Positions 36,412 through 45,098 of a DNA stretch of 59,070 nt are shown one piece after another. A program made the position numbers and the translations under genes. A model generated the notes under the pieces. It was not told where the DNA came from, did not search any database, and saw only the letters and a list, made by a program, of their open reading frames with translations. Within the stretch, counting starts at the first letter, position 1, and every line of letters begins with the position of its first letter. The DNA comes from Candidatus Binatia bacterium (GTDB lineage Bacteria; Desulfobacterota; Binatia; UBA9968), in assembly GCA_036407055.1 (NCBI GenBank), contig DASWZY010000128.1, positions 1-59,070 on the forward strand, in the 5' to 3' direction.

Positions 36412-38944
36412 CCGCATTCGCGATCGTCGACCCGGCGCTCCATAGCGCGGTATCCATGTAGAGCGGGTACTTGGGAGTCTTCGCGCTCGTGTAGAACACG
36501 ACGCCGTTCTTATAATATTTAACAATCTTATTTTCGACCGCGATGCGAAACACGTCGCCCGTGGAGTAGGACGTCGAACCGCGATATACACCGCTCTCGT
36601 AGACTTCCACGTAATGGCCACCGCTGCTGGAGAGGGCATCCCAAAGTGAGATAGCGTACGCCATGTTATCCCGGCTCGTCCCTGCGGTCGACGACGCGAG
36701 GCCGACGCTTCGCTGTGTCGTCATTTCCGATGCTGTGAATTGAACGTAGCCGTTGCCCGAGGAGAGGCTCTGCGCTGAAAGCGCTCCGGAGTTGGCGCAA
36801 CCGCCGCAGTTTTCCTGAAGCGAATTGCCGCTCACCGTCACGTTCACCGGATTTACCCAGGTAACATTCTGAGCCGAAAATGTCGCCGTTGATTTCACAC
36901 GCGAGCCCATCACCGTTACAGTCACAGACGCCGACGTGCTCTTGTTGCCGCGTTTGTCGCGAGCGATAGCCGTGAGTGTATGCGTCCCGTTTGTTGCCGT
37001 GCCGGTGTTCCAGTTCACTGTGTAGGGTGCAAAGTTGTCTTCAGAGCCAAGATTCTGGCCGTCGAGCTGGAATTGGACGCCTGCGATGCCGTCGCTATCC
37101 GACGCGGTGGCGGTCACCTTGATTTTCCCCTTCACGGATAATCCGCTACTCGGAGTAATAATCGCAACGGTCGGAGCGCTGCCGCCGCTGGGGCCCGTGG
37201 GACCAGTCGGGCCCGTCGAAGATCCTGTTGTGGTTAATGTAAAATCTGCCGACGTCGAGAGACTGCCGGCCGAGTCCTTAGACTTTACACGGTAGTGATA
37301 CGTCGTATTCGCCGAAAGACCTGCGAGGCTCTGCCCATGCGACGTAACCATTGTGCCGTTGACGGAACTAGCACTTCCATAGGAGGCGGTCGTACCGTAT
37401 TCCACCTGGGAATCGCTGGCCTTGTCGGTGTTCCAGCTGATGGTCGCGCCGGAAGACGAGATTACCGGAGCCGACACTGAGCTGATGACCGGGGGTGTAT
37501 CGGCAGGAGGCGGAGGCGGCGGTGGAGGCGGAGGATTGGGGTTCGTGGGCGCAACGCCGGTCAAAACCTGCGATGGAATTTTTGCGATAAAAGCATCCAT
37601 CCTGTTGGTGCCCGCGTTACCCGTCCAGATAAAATACTGTCCGGTGATATCCAGATTGCCTTTTGGCAGTCTGCAATAATCGTCGCAGCCGCTGATCATA
37701 CCGATATTTACGTCCGTCATGACGGGCGCGACTACCAAGACGTCGAGCGATCCATCGAGACGGAAGCAAATAACCTCGTTGGCTTCCTGGCCGTTCTCGG
37801 CCGGCCGGGCGCCGCTGCCGCAGACGTACTGCTGTTCGAGCGGCAGATCGCGTCGCGCGTTCGCGAAACTAACATGCTGCGGTCCCCACGTGTTCCAAGA
37901 GGCGGTGTAATACACTACCTGGCCGCCCGAGATGGGGTTGCCGCCGAATTGCCAGGAACGGAATGCCCCGGGATGAGAATTCGCGTTGTCGGCGGCAATC
38001 ATCGTGCCGTACCCGCTGTCGGAGTGTCCGCCGGCGCCGTCGCGGTCGAGCAATACGGTCTCGACTCCATTCGATAGATCGATAATTCGGTTATCGAGGT
38101 CGGAATTGGGATCGATGCCGGTTTTTTCTTTGATTAAGAGCCAGCGACCGCTTTTGTCAATCTGACATTCGTCATAGTTCAAGCCTTTCTGTGGGAAGTA
38201 GAAGAACGTGTTCGTCGATTGACGGTACGCGAAGCAGCCAAGGTCGGCGTCGTTAGACTTGTCTCTCAATGTAGCGGAATGGACGTTGTCGTCGGCGCTC
38301 GAGTGGAATTGAGTGACGTAGCGATTGCTGCCGAAAATGTCAGGCCGCGATGCGACGTCGAACACCAGTTCGAACGTGTGGCTCACCACATCATAACGGA
38401 ACAATGTCGAATCCTGCCAATAATTGACGTAAAGCTTCGTCGGCTGAGTATCGCTGAAGTACCATCCGTTTCCGTTCGCCCAACTCCATTTGCTGGCGCC
38501 ATCAAAAAGCGGACCGAGATTCGTGACCACGTCGGTTTTTTTGTTATAGCTCAGAAGCGAAGGACCGGCGCCGCCGCGGTTTCTATCCATCACGAGGAAA
38601 ATATACATGGTGTCGCTGCCTACGTGGTTGTTCGTGTTGCGCCAATACGAATACCCTACGTAATCGATGCAATCGTTTCCGCCGCAATCGGACGGAATCG
38701 TCAGCCGCACGCCTTTCGTGTTGTAAGGACTGGGAAAATTAAACGGCCCTCGTGTCGCCGGAAGAAAGCTATTTATTTGGGAAAGGGTCAAACCTGCCGG
38801 TCTGTTTGTCGGAAGAATCGGGCTTTTCTCTATAAATCCGCCGGGAAATTGGGCGGTTGCCGGATCAACGGCGATCGTTAACGTTGCTATCAATAGCAGA
38901 ATGAATGCAGCCAGCATCGCCGGCCGCGGGTCTCTTAACCTCAT
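36392..38944 (-). CDS. 850-aa secreted multidomain protein: unknown ~440-aa module + poly-Pro linker + FN3-like + Ig-like + C-terminal jelly-roll/lectin-like domain
   Basis: Signal peptide MRLRDPRPAMLAAFILLLIATLTIAVDPATA. N-terminal module is paralogous to 19343-20761. Ten consecutive Pro codons at 37505-37534. FN3-like ISWNTDKASDSQVEYGTT...TTYHYRVKSKD. Ig-like VQFQLDGQNLG...PYTVNWNT...GTHTLTAIARDKRGN. 3' end overlaps the convergent GT2 by 20 nt. Confidence 0.8.
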   Translation of the reverse strand: MRLRDPRPAMLAAFILLLIATLTIAVDPATAQFPGGFIEKSPILPTNRPAGLTLSQINSFLPATRGPFNFPSPYNTKGVRLTIPSDCGGNDCIDYVGYSYWRNTNNHVGSDTMYIFLVMDRNRGGAGPSLLSYNKKTDVVTNLGPLFDGASKWSWANGNGWYFSDTQPTKLYVNYWQDSTLFRYDVVSHTFELVFDVASRPDIFGSNRYVTQFHSSADDNVHSATLRDKSNDADLGCFAYRQSTNTFFYFPQKGLNYDECQIDKSGRWLLIKEKTGIDPNSDLDNRIIDLSNGVETVLLDRDGAGGHSDSGYGTMIAADNANSHPGAFRSWQFGGNPISGGQVVYYTASWNTWGPQHVSFANARRDLPLEQQYVCGSGARPAENGQEANEVICFRLDGSLDVLVVAPVMTDVNIGMISGCDDYCRLPKGNLDITGQYFIWTGNAGTNRMDAFIAKIPSQVLTGVAPTNPNPPPPPPPPPPADTPPVISSVSAPVISSSGATISWNTDKASDSQVEYGTTASYGSASSVNGTMVTSHGQSLAGLSANTTYHYRVKSKDSAGSLSTSADFTLTTTGSSTGPTGPTGPSGGSAPTVAIITPSSGLSVKGKIKVTATASDSDGIAGVQFQLDGQNLGSEDNFAPYTVNWNTGTATNGTHTLTAIARDKRGNKSTSASVTVTVMGSRVKSTATFSAQNVTWVNPVNVTVSGNSLQENCGGCANSGALSAQSLSSGNGYVQFTASEMTTQRSVGLASSTAGTSRDNMAYAISLWDALSSSGGHYVEVYESGVYRGSTSYSTGDVFRIAVENKIVKYYKNGVVFYTSAKTPKYPLYMDTALWSAGSTIANAVISRTP

Positions 38945-39017
38945 TACTCTGGGTCTCCTCGCTGAATGAAATGAGCCCGTAGGCTTTGAGGCTAAGAGTG
39001 CCCTTACCTGCGTCGAT

Positions 39018-41363
39018 GTGATACATATTTGTATGAGGGAATCGCCTCAGGAAAAGAGGAAAATGGCCGTCCGGAGGCACAGTTTCGAAGAAATTTTCAG
39101 GGCACAAGATCCCTTTATAAGTCAAGGATTTAGGCTATTCGTCCGGGAGATCTCCGGAACGCGGGAAGTCGCCGCGCTCCGCGAGTTCTTTATCCGCTTT
39201 AACGGCGAGCTTTACCGCGCTTCTTGGATCGACAAAACCGCGAAGATTCCGTGGGCGGCGGACATGCTTACGGCGCTTGTCAGCGCGAACTCCGCGTTGA
39301 CCACCGGGGTCCTCCGGGAGCTGCTCGACGAGATGAAGCTTCACTACCAGGACCCCATCACAGACGTGATTTTCGAGACCGCGCCCCGATCGCGGGTGCT
39401 GCTTTCTTTGGTCGGAGATATCGTCCAAGGCGAGAGCCAGCTGATACAGCTCAGGATTCGGGCGCTCGAAGCGCTCTTTACACGCCTCGCGCTCGGCCGA
39501 CGCGCTTTCCGACCTGCCGCACCGGTTGACGAGACGCTTCGCTCCCTCAACGATATTCTCGCCGAAGTGAACCGCGACACGGCGACCGCAGTTGCCAAAA
39601 ATCATGACAGGCTCGCAAAAGAGCTCCAGTCGGTTAGCCGAATGCTTCCTGCCTTAACGCGAAATCCGCCGGCGGACGCCGCCGGTGCAGCCGAAAACCG
39701 CGGCCAGTCGAGCTACCGCGAAATTGTCGATTTACTGGAAACTGTTCTGCAGCAGCCTTCCGGTTCGATGACCGCAGACTATCTCGCGACATTGCTGCGT
39801 ATTCTGCGGCTCACAACCCAGCTTCCCGAATGGCGTCCCCCGTCAGCAGGCACCGACCGGAGCCGGGTTAAGGCGGCGAACGGAAGCCGCCGCGAGGCGC
39901 GTCTGACATCGGCCGAGCAAGCCGGCGCGGAAGCGCTCGACGACGATTCGAACCTGGTTGTGGCGCTTATGATCGATCGCGCGGTCGCGACCGTGCTGGA
40001 GGTCGCTGCGGCGCCGTGGAGCGCGCAGGGAGAACGGCGTAGCAAGGTGCGCGCCGCCGATGAGACGCTTCTAAATCCTTCCGATCCGCCGCTTCTCGAA
40101 TCTGTCCTGCTTGACAACAAGAGTCGCACGAAGACGCGCCACACGGCCGCCTCCCTGCTGTCCCTGCTGAGCTATGCCCTGCCGGCCGTGCAGCCTTCAC
40201 CGCGCGCGGGCTTTTTCACGCAGCTTTTTTTGATGCCGTATCGCGCGGGCGGAATTCATTACCGGCTCCGGGACGACGAAGACCTCGCGATTGTCGATGC
40301 CGAAGAGAAGCTCGATTACTTGTTCGAAGCGCTGGACGAGGAATCCGATTACGTGCGCTGGAACGCGGCGACGCTTTGCTATCAGTGCGCGCGCGAGCAC
40401 CCCGAATGGTTCAAGTCGAAACACTATATCAAGCTCATGTCGCTGCTCTCGGACGAGCATTACGGTATTCGCCTCGACATGATGCGCACAATCCGCACGC
40501 TGGCGGCGTTTCGCAACCAGGAAATATTCACGGTCATACACGACATCTCCGGAAAGCTCGCGGAGAAAGTCTACCGGGTAAAGGACAAAGAGCGCGCACG
40601 CGTCGATCTCGAGACGGCGCTCGGGGTCAGTCTGGCGACGCTGCTCGAGCGCGTGGAGGAATTGCAGGGCGAGGTGCTTCGTCTCGAGACCCGCCGCGAG
40701 CAGCTATTGAGCTATCTCGAGAAGCAGGCTTTCCGCATCGGCGAGGAAATCCATCATGAGGTCTTGAACACGCTCTGCAGCTATCTTGCGACGGCAATCG
40801 ACGAGCGCGATTTCGCGGACGCGGAGGCGCGGCTCGGCGACGTGGTCACCGAGCTGAGACGCATCATGAACCATCTTTACCCGAAGGATCTCGAAGCCGA
40901 GGGTTTCATAGCCACGATCCGCAAGCGGCTGGACGATGTGCGGATGCAGATGCGCCGCCGCGTGCCTGAATTCGCCGTCGACTTCGATTGCCCGCCCGAC
41001 GTGACGGACGAGGCGATCGCCGCAAGCTTGCGCGATAAGTCTCACCTCGTGCTGCTTTACCGGATCGTCTCGGAAGCGCTCATCAATGCGCGAAAGCATT
41101 CGCACGGAACGCAGATCGTCGTGCGCCTTCGCCGGCCGCGCTTCGGCGTCATCGAAATCTCGGTGAGCGACAACGGCCGCGGCGGCGGCGGCCCCTTCGA
41201 GCAGAGCTTCGGCATCGATCTTATGCAGCGGCGGGCCGAAGATATCGGCGCGGATATCGATTATCGAAAAACTTCCGCCGCCGGCGGCACGACCGTGCTT
41301 ATCCGTCTCGCCCAATCTTCGGGGGAATTAGGCAAGGGCCCGGAGCTTGCGGGCATCGTCTAA
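39018..41363 (+). CDS. Soluble sensor histidine kinase (HisKA_3 + HATPase_c) with a long helical/HEAT-like N-terminal region
   Basis: No TM helix visible. H-box region FRIGEEIHHEVLNTL. ATPase motifs EALINARKHS, ISVSDNGRG, GIDLMQRRAEDIGADI, GGTTVLIRL. HEAT-like DYVRWNAATLCYQCAREHPEW...IRLDMMRTIRTLA. Start is ambiguous (GTG 39018, ATG 39033 or ATG 39063). Confidence 0.75.
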   Translation: MIHICMRESPQEKRKMAVRRHSFEEIFRAQDPFISQGFRLFVREISGTREVAALREFFIRFNGELYRASWIDKTAKIPWAADMLTALVSANSALTTGVLRELLDEMKLHYQDPITDVIFETAPRSRVLLSLVGDIVQGESQLIQLRIRALEALFTRLALGRRAFRPAAPVDETLRSLNDILAEVNRDTATAVAKNHDRLAKELQSVSRMLPALTRNPPADAAGAAENRGQSSYREIVDLLETVLQQPSGSMTADYLATLLRILRLTTQLPEWRPPSAGTDRSRVKAANGSRREARLTSAEQAGAEALDDDSNLVVALMIDRAVATVLEVAAAPWSAQGERRSKVRAADETLLNPSDPPLLESVLLDNKSRTKTRHTAASLLSLLSYALPAVQPSPRAGFFTQLFLMPYRAGGIHYRLRDDEDLAIVDAEEKLDYLFEALDEESDYVRWNAATLCYQCAREHPEWFKSKHYIKLMSLLSDEHYGIRLDMMRTIRTLAAFRNQEIFTVIHDISGKLAEKVYRVKDKERARVDLETALGVSLATLLERVEELQGEVLRLETRREQLLSYLEKQAFRIGEEIHHEVLNTLCSYLATAIDERDFADAEARLGDVVTELRRIMNHLYPKDLEAEGFIATIRKRLDDVRMQMRRRVPEFAVDFDCPPDVTDEAIAASLRDKSHLVLLYRIVSEALINARKHSHGTQIVVRLRRPRFGVIEISVSDNGRGGGGPFEQSFGIDLMQRRAEDIGADIDYRKTSAAGGTTVLIRLAQSSGELGKGPELAGIV

Positions 41364-42261
41364 TTCATCGGCAAATCCCGTGGCAAGCAAAGCACGGCAA
41401 AAACCTCAGAACGGCCATAAGCCGGCCCTCAGGATTCTCATCGCCGACGACTCTCCGGATTCCATCGATCAAATGAGCTCGTGGATTCGGGAGCGGTGGC
41501 CAGATACGGAGATCTATCGCGCGCAGACTCCGGACGAAGCGGTATCGATCGCCGACGATCAAGACGTGGAGAACATCGTGCTCGACCTCGATTTCGTGGT
41601 CCAGCGCGTCTCGGGAGTGGAGATCGCCCGCCGAATCCTACAGGCGAGAGCCGATAACGAAGAAAGCCGCACGCGCATCCTCTTTCGCACCGTCCATGCC
41701 GGCGATCCCAGCTACCTGCATCAGATCGACAAGCTCATCAACGGCGAAAAGAACAAACCCGCCGTGTGGGGATTCGTAGACAAAGGAGCGATGCCCAAAC
41801 GGCTCGTGCAAAACGCCGTCGAGCAGGTTTTCATTTACGAGCTTTCCTTCACGGAAGTCTTCAGCCAGAACTTGAAGGATTCTCCTTCCCGGGAGCTGAG
41901 CGACATCGAGTTCACCGTCTTGCTTTACAGCTGCCTCGGCGTCACCAACGACGGCATCGCGTGGCTGGTGGGCGCATCGCGGCAGAGCGTCGAGCGCGTC
42001 TTGACCGGTCTTTACCAGAAGATGAAAATTCCCACGCGGCGCGACGCGCCGCAGGGCGTCACCGCGCTGCTCGAAAGCCGCGGCCGGCTATACTACGAGG
42101 CGTTGACCCGCGGGCTCATCAATCCGCATTTGATGCGCGAGCAGGACGAAGCGCTACGCCAGCGCGTTAAAAAAGACTCGCCTCAACGCGGCCGGCTTTA
42201 TGTCGACAAGGAATGGCTGGAGCCGTTGCCGACGACAGAAGCTCGCGAATCGCAAAGGTAG
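41347..42261 (+). CDS. Response regulator: receiver domain + degenerate LuxR/GerE-type HTH, with long linker and tail
   Basis: LRILIADDSPD, IVLDLDF (putative phospho-Asp), GFVDKG. HTH-like LSDIEFTVLLYSCLGVTNDGIAWLVGASRQSVERVLTGLYQKMKI. Overlaps the kinase gene by 17 nt. Confidence 0.7.
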   Translation: MRASSNSSANPVASKARQKPQNGHKPALRILIADDSPDSIDQMSSWIRERWPDTEIYRAQTPDEAVSIADDQDVENIVLDLDFVVQRVSGVEIARRILQARADNEESRTRILFRTVHAGDPSYLHQIDKLINGEKNKPAVWGFVDKGAMPKRLVQNAVEQVFIYELSFTEVFSQNLKDSPSRELSDIEFTVLLYSCLGVTNDGIAWLVGASRQSVERVLTGLYQKMKIPTRRDAPQGVTALLESRGRLYYEALTRGLINPHLMREQDEALRQRVKKDSPQRGRLYVDKEWLEPLPTTEARESQR

Positions 42262-42264
42262 CTT

Positions 42265-43827
42265 ATGCCGAAAAGATCCATCGCGGCGCGCGGTGTTCCA
42301 AACTCGTTCGAGCAGGTGCTGGCGGACTGGGCGGCCGCCGCCAAAACGGTCGCGCCGGTCGAGCTGTGGTGCTTCCTCATCCTGGGCGTCGTAATCTTTC
42401 TCGTCTATTTGCCCGGCATCGCGATACCCTATTACGGCGACGATGTGGGCTGGTTCGACGCAGTATCGAATCCGTGGCGGCATTTTGTTCAGGTAAACGC
42501 CGATGGATGGTACCGGCCATTGCAAGCCGGCATCTACACGGTGGTCCAGAAACACTTCGGACTCAGCACGGTGCCGGTCCACCTCGCCATGCTTTTGATC
42601 CACGCGCTTCTGTGCGTTCTCGTCATCCAGGCGACGACGGACTTGGGTTACGGCGGCGTCTCCGCCCTGCTCGCCGGCGTCCTTATGGCCCTATCGCAAG
42701 CGAACGCTTTCGCCCTATTGAGTAACGACACGTTGTCGCAAGTCGCCGGGACATTTTTCGGCTGCCTTGCCCTCTGGGCGTTGGCGCGCCCGCATCTGCG
42801 CCGACGTTCGGCGGAGGGCAGCGCGGGGATGTACCCGATAAGCATCGGCGCATTTGCCGTCGCGCTGCTCTTCAAGGAAACGACATCGTCGTTTCTCCCC
42901 CTCCTCCTCTGCGTTGTCGCGCTGATAAATTACCGCGAACCGCACTGGCGCGGATTCATAACGCGATCGTTGGCGATGTCTCTGCCGTTTGTTGTCGTTT
43001 TTCTGGGCTATCTCGGCATACGCACGCTGGTCGGCGCCAACAGCCCGTCGTTTGGAACCGGCGGGTATCAGTTTCACATCGGCAGCAACGTCATTTTGAA
43101 TGTCCTCATGGATTTTGCCGCGCTCGTGCTTCCGGTCTCCAGCGTCACCGTCTACGAAGCGCTCGTCGCCCGGAGCACGGCGACGCTCGCGCTTATTGGC
43201 GGCGCAGCGGCCTTCTTCGTCGTGGTCATCGCTTACGGACTTTGGCTGAAACGCCGCGATTGGCGGCCGGCGATTGTCGTTCTCATGATGCTGGGGTCCG
43301 TCTTTCCCATGGTTATCATGAATCATGTAAGCGAACTGTACGTCTACAACACGACACCCTTCTTCTCCATTCTAGCGGGAATCGGGCTCGGCGCGGTCCT
43401 GGAATCCGAGCCGCTGCGCCGCTACGTTGCGGCCGCTCTCAGCGCCTGCATTCTCCTCCTTTTAGCCGGCCAGGTGACCGCGATCCGCGACAAAGCTCTG
43501 CTCATGCAGGAGAACGGCGAGCGAGCGGCGCGGCTTGTGGCTGCGATCGGGGATTACATCCGGCAAGTCCCTCCGCATGGAGCGCTGCTTCTCGTTAACC
43601 CGCCGAAAGCCGAGCTCGAATACGCGGTCTATCTGATGCCCGGCTTCAAAGTCTTGGAGTTCGAAGAATCCTACATGAAGAAAATCTACGGCCGGGAAGA
43701 TATCGACCTCAGCATCGTCGACGAAGCCGATCTTAAATCTCGTCCGGCTATTCGCGACACAGTTATGTTAGGGCTTCAAGGCGATACGCTTACGCCGCTC
43801 GCGACATCGCCGAAAAAGGCGCGCTGA
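42265..43827 (+). CDS. GT-C-like (ArnT/PMT-type topology) polytopic membrane glycosyltransferase candidate
   Basis: More than 10 TM helices. Acidic YYGDDVGWFD loop right after TM1. Soluble tail of about 120 aa. Followed by a GtrB/ArnC-like GT2. Confidence 0.6.
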   Translation: MPKRSIAARGVPNSFEQVLADWAAAAKTVAPVELWCFLILGVVIFLVYLPGIAIPYYGDDVGWFDAVSNPWRHFVQVNADGWYRPLQAGIYTVVQKHFGLSTVPVHLAMLLIHALLCVLVIQATTDLGYGGVSALLAGVLMALSQANAFALLSNDTLSQVAGTFFGCLALWALARPHLRRRSAEGSAGMYPISIGAFAVALLFKETTSSFLPLLLCVVALINYREPHWRGFITRSLAMSLPFVVVFLGYLGIRTLVGANSPSFGTGGYQFHIGSNVILNVLMDFAALVLPVSSVTVYEALVARSTATLALIGGAAAFFVVVIAYGLWLKRRDWRPAIVVLMMLGSVFPMVIMNHVSELYVYNTTPFFSILAGIGLGAVLESEPLRRYVAAALSACILLLLAGQVTAIRDKALLMQENGERAARLVAAIGDYIRQVPPHGALLLVNPPKAELEYAVYLMPGFKVLEFEESYMKKIYGREDIDLSIVDEADLKSRPAIRDTVMLGLQGDTLTPLATSPKKAR

Positions 43828-43843
43828 ACCCGCGGAATGCTGG

Positions 43844-44935
43844 GTGGCAACCGGCAACCCCGACGTGATACATTCGGTAGCACAGAAGCGCGATACCAAC
43901 GCATTCGAATTTAAATCTATGGCTGTAGATACCCCCAGCGCCGGCGCCGAATCGTCCACGCGCCGATCACTTTCCGTCGTAGTACCGGCCTATAACGAGC
44001 AGGAGGTGCTGCCCGAATTTCACCGTCGCCTTACGGCCGTGCTCGCCGGATTGCCGATGGAAGCCGAAGTCATCTACATCAACGACGGCAGCAGCGACGC
44101 GACGCTCGAAGTCGTTCGCGAGCTGCGCGAGCGGGATCCCCGCATCGCGTTGATCGACCTCAGCCGCAATTTCGGCAAGGAGATCGCCGTCACGGCGGGC
44201 TTGGACCACAGCAAGGGAGACGCTGTGATCCTGATCGACGCCGACCTGCAGGACCCGCCTGAGTTGATTCCACGATTGCTCGAAGAGTGGAAGAGCGGCT
44301 ACGACGTGGTTTACGCAACCCGCATGTCGCGCGAGGGCGAGAGCAAGCTGAAAAAGGGGACGGCCTACGCTTTTTATCGGGTCATCAATCAGATAACCCG
44401 CGTCAAGATTCCTCAGGACACCGGAGACTTCCGATTACTCAGCCGGCGGGCCGTCGACTCGCTGCTGAAGCTGCGCGAGCAGCACCGCTTCATGAAAGGT
44501 CTGTTTAGCTGGATCGGATATCCGCAAAAGGGCATTCCGTATCGACGTGATCCGCGCCATGCGGGCGAAACCAAGTGGAACTACTGGCGCCTGTGGAATT
44601 TCGCTCTCGAGGGCGTCACTTCGTTTACGATCGGTCCGCTGAAGATGGCCACTTACTTGGGACTTGCAACGGCGATCGCGGCGTTTGTTTACGCGGGCGT
44701 CGTGATCGCTAAGACGCTGCTTCATGGCGACCCCGTTGCCGGTTATCCCTCGTTAATGGTCGTCATTCTCTTCCTCGGCGGTGTTCAGCTGATCACCGTC
44801 GGCATCATGGGCGAATACATCGGCCGAATGTTCGACGAAAGCAAACAACGGCCGCTGTACTTCGTGAACACCTATGAGCCGGCGGCGCTGCGCGAGCGCT
44901 CCGCCGCATCTCCCGCCAAGGCCGACGCCGCTTAG
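43844..44935 (+). CDS. GtrB/ArnC-like polyprenyl-phosphate glycosyltransferase (GT2)
   Basis: LSVVVPAYNEQEVL, YINDGSSDAT, LIDLSRNFGKE, LIDADLQDPPELI, two C-terminal TM helices ending GIMGEYIGRMF. Start at GTG 43844 or ATG 43919. Confidence 0.85.
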   Translation: MATGNPDVIHSVAQKRDTNAFEFKSMAVDTPSAGAESSTRRSLSVVVPAYNEQEVLPEFHRRLTAVLAGLPMEAEVIYINDGSSDATLEVVRELRERDPRIALIDLSRNFGKEIAVTAGLDHSKGDAVILIDADLQDPPELIPRLLEEWKSGYDVVYATRMSREGESKLKKGTAYAFYRVINQITRVKIPQDTGDFRLLSRRAVDSLLKLREQHRFMKGLFSWIGYPQKGIPYRRDPRHAGETKWNYWRLWNFALEGVTSFTIGPLKMATYLGLATAIAAFVYAGVVIAKTLLHGDPVAGYPSLMVVILFLGGVQLITVGIMGEYIGRMFDESKQRPLYFVNTYEPAALRERSAASPAKADAA

Positions 44936-45098
44936 CGGCGCTCGGCTCATTTCTGTCTATCGCCGTCCGGGATATCGACCGGAAGTCGGCGTCTTCCCTG
45001 AATTCCCGAGCGAATAGCTCCGCTCTCTATCTTCGAATCGAGCCGAGAGATGCGGACTCGCAGTCGCTGCGGCTCCGTGCGTCTTCTCTATGCCGCGA

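Noticed and set aside
37422-37679. 85-aa plus-strand ORF containing a poly-Gly run
   Set aside because: It is antisense to the ten-Pro linker of the 850-aa protein, so it is a low-complexity artefact.
44936-45098. Short inverted repeats (CGCAG-TCG-CTGCG; ATGCCG…CGGCAT) in the convergent gap between the GtrB-like gene and ndh
   Set aside because: The stems are only 5-6 bp and lack T-runs. One overlaps the ndh stop codon. This is insufficient for a terminator or regulatory call.
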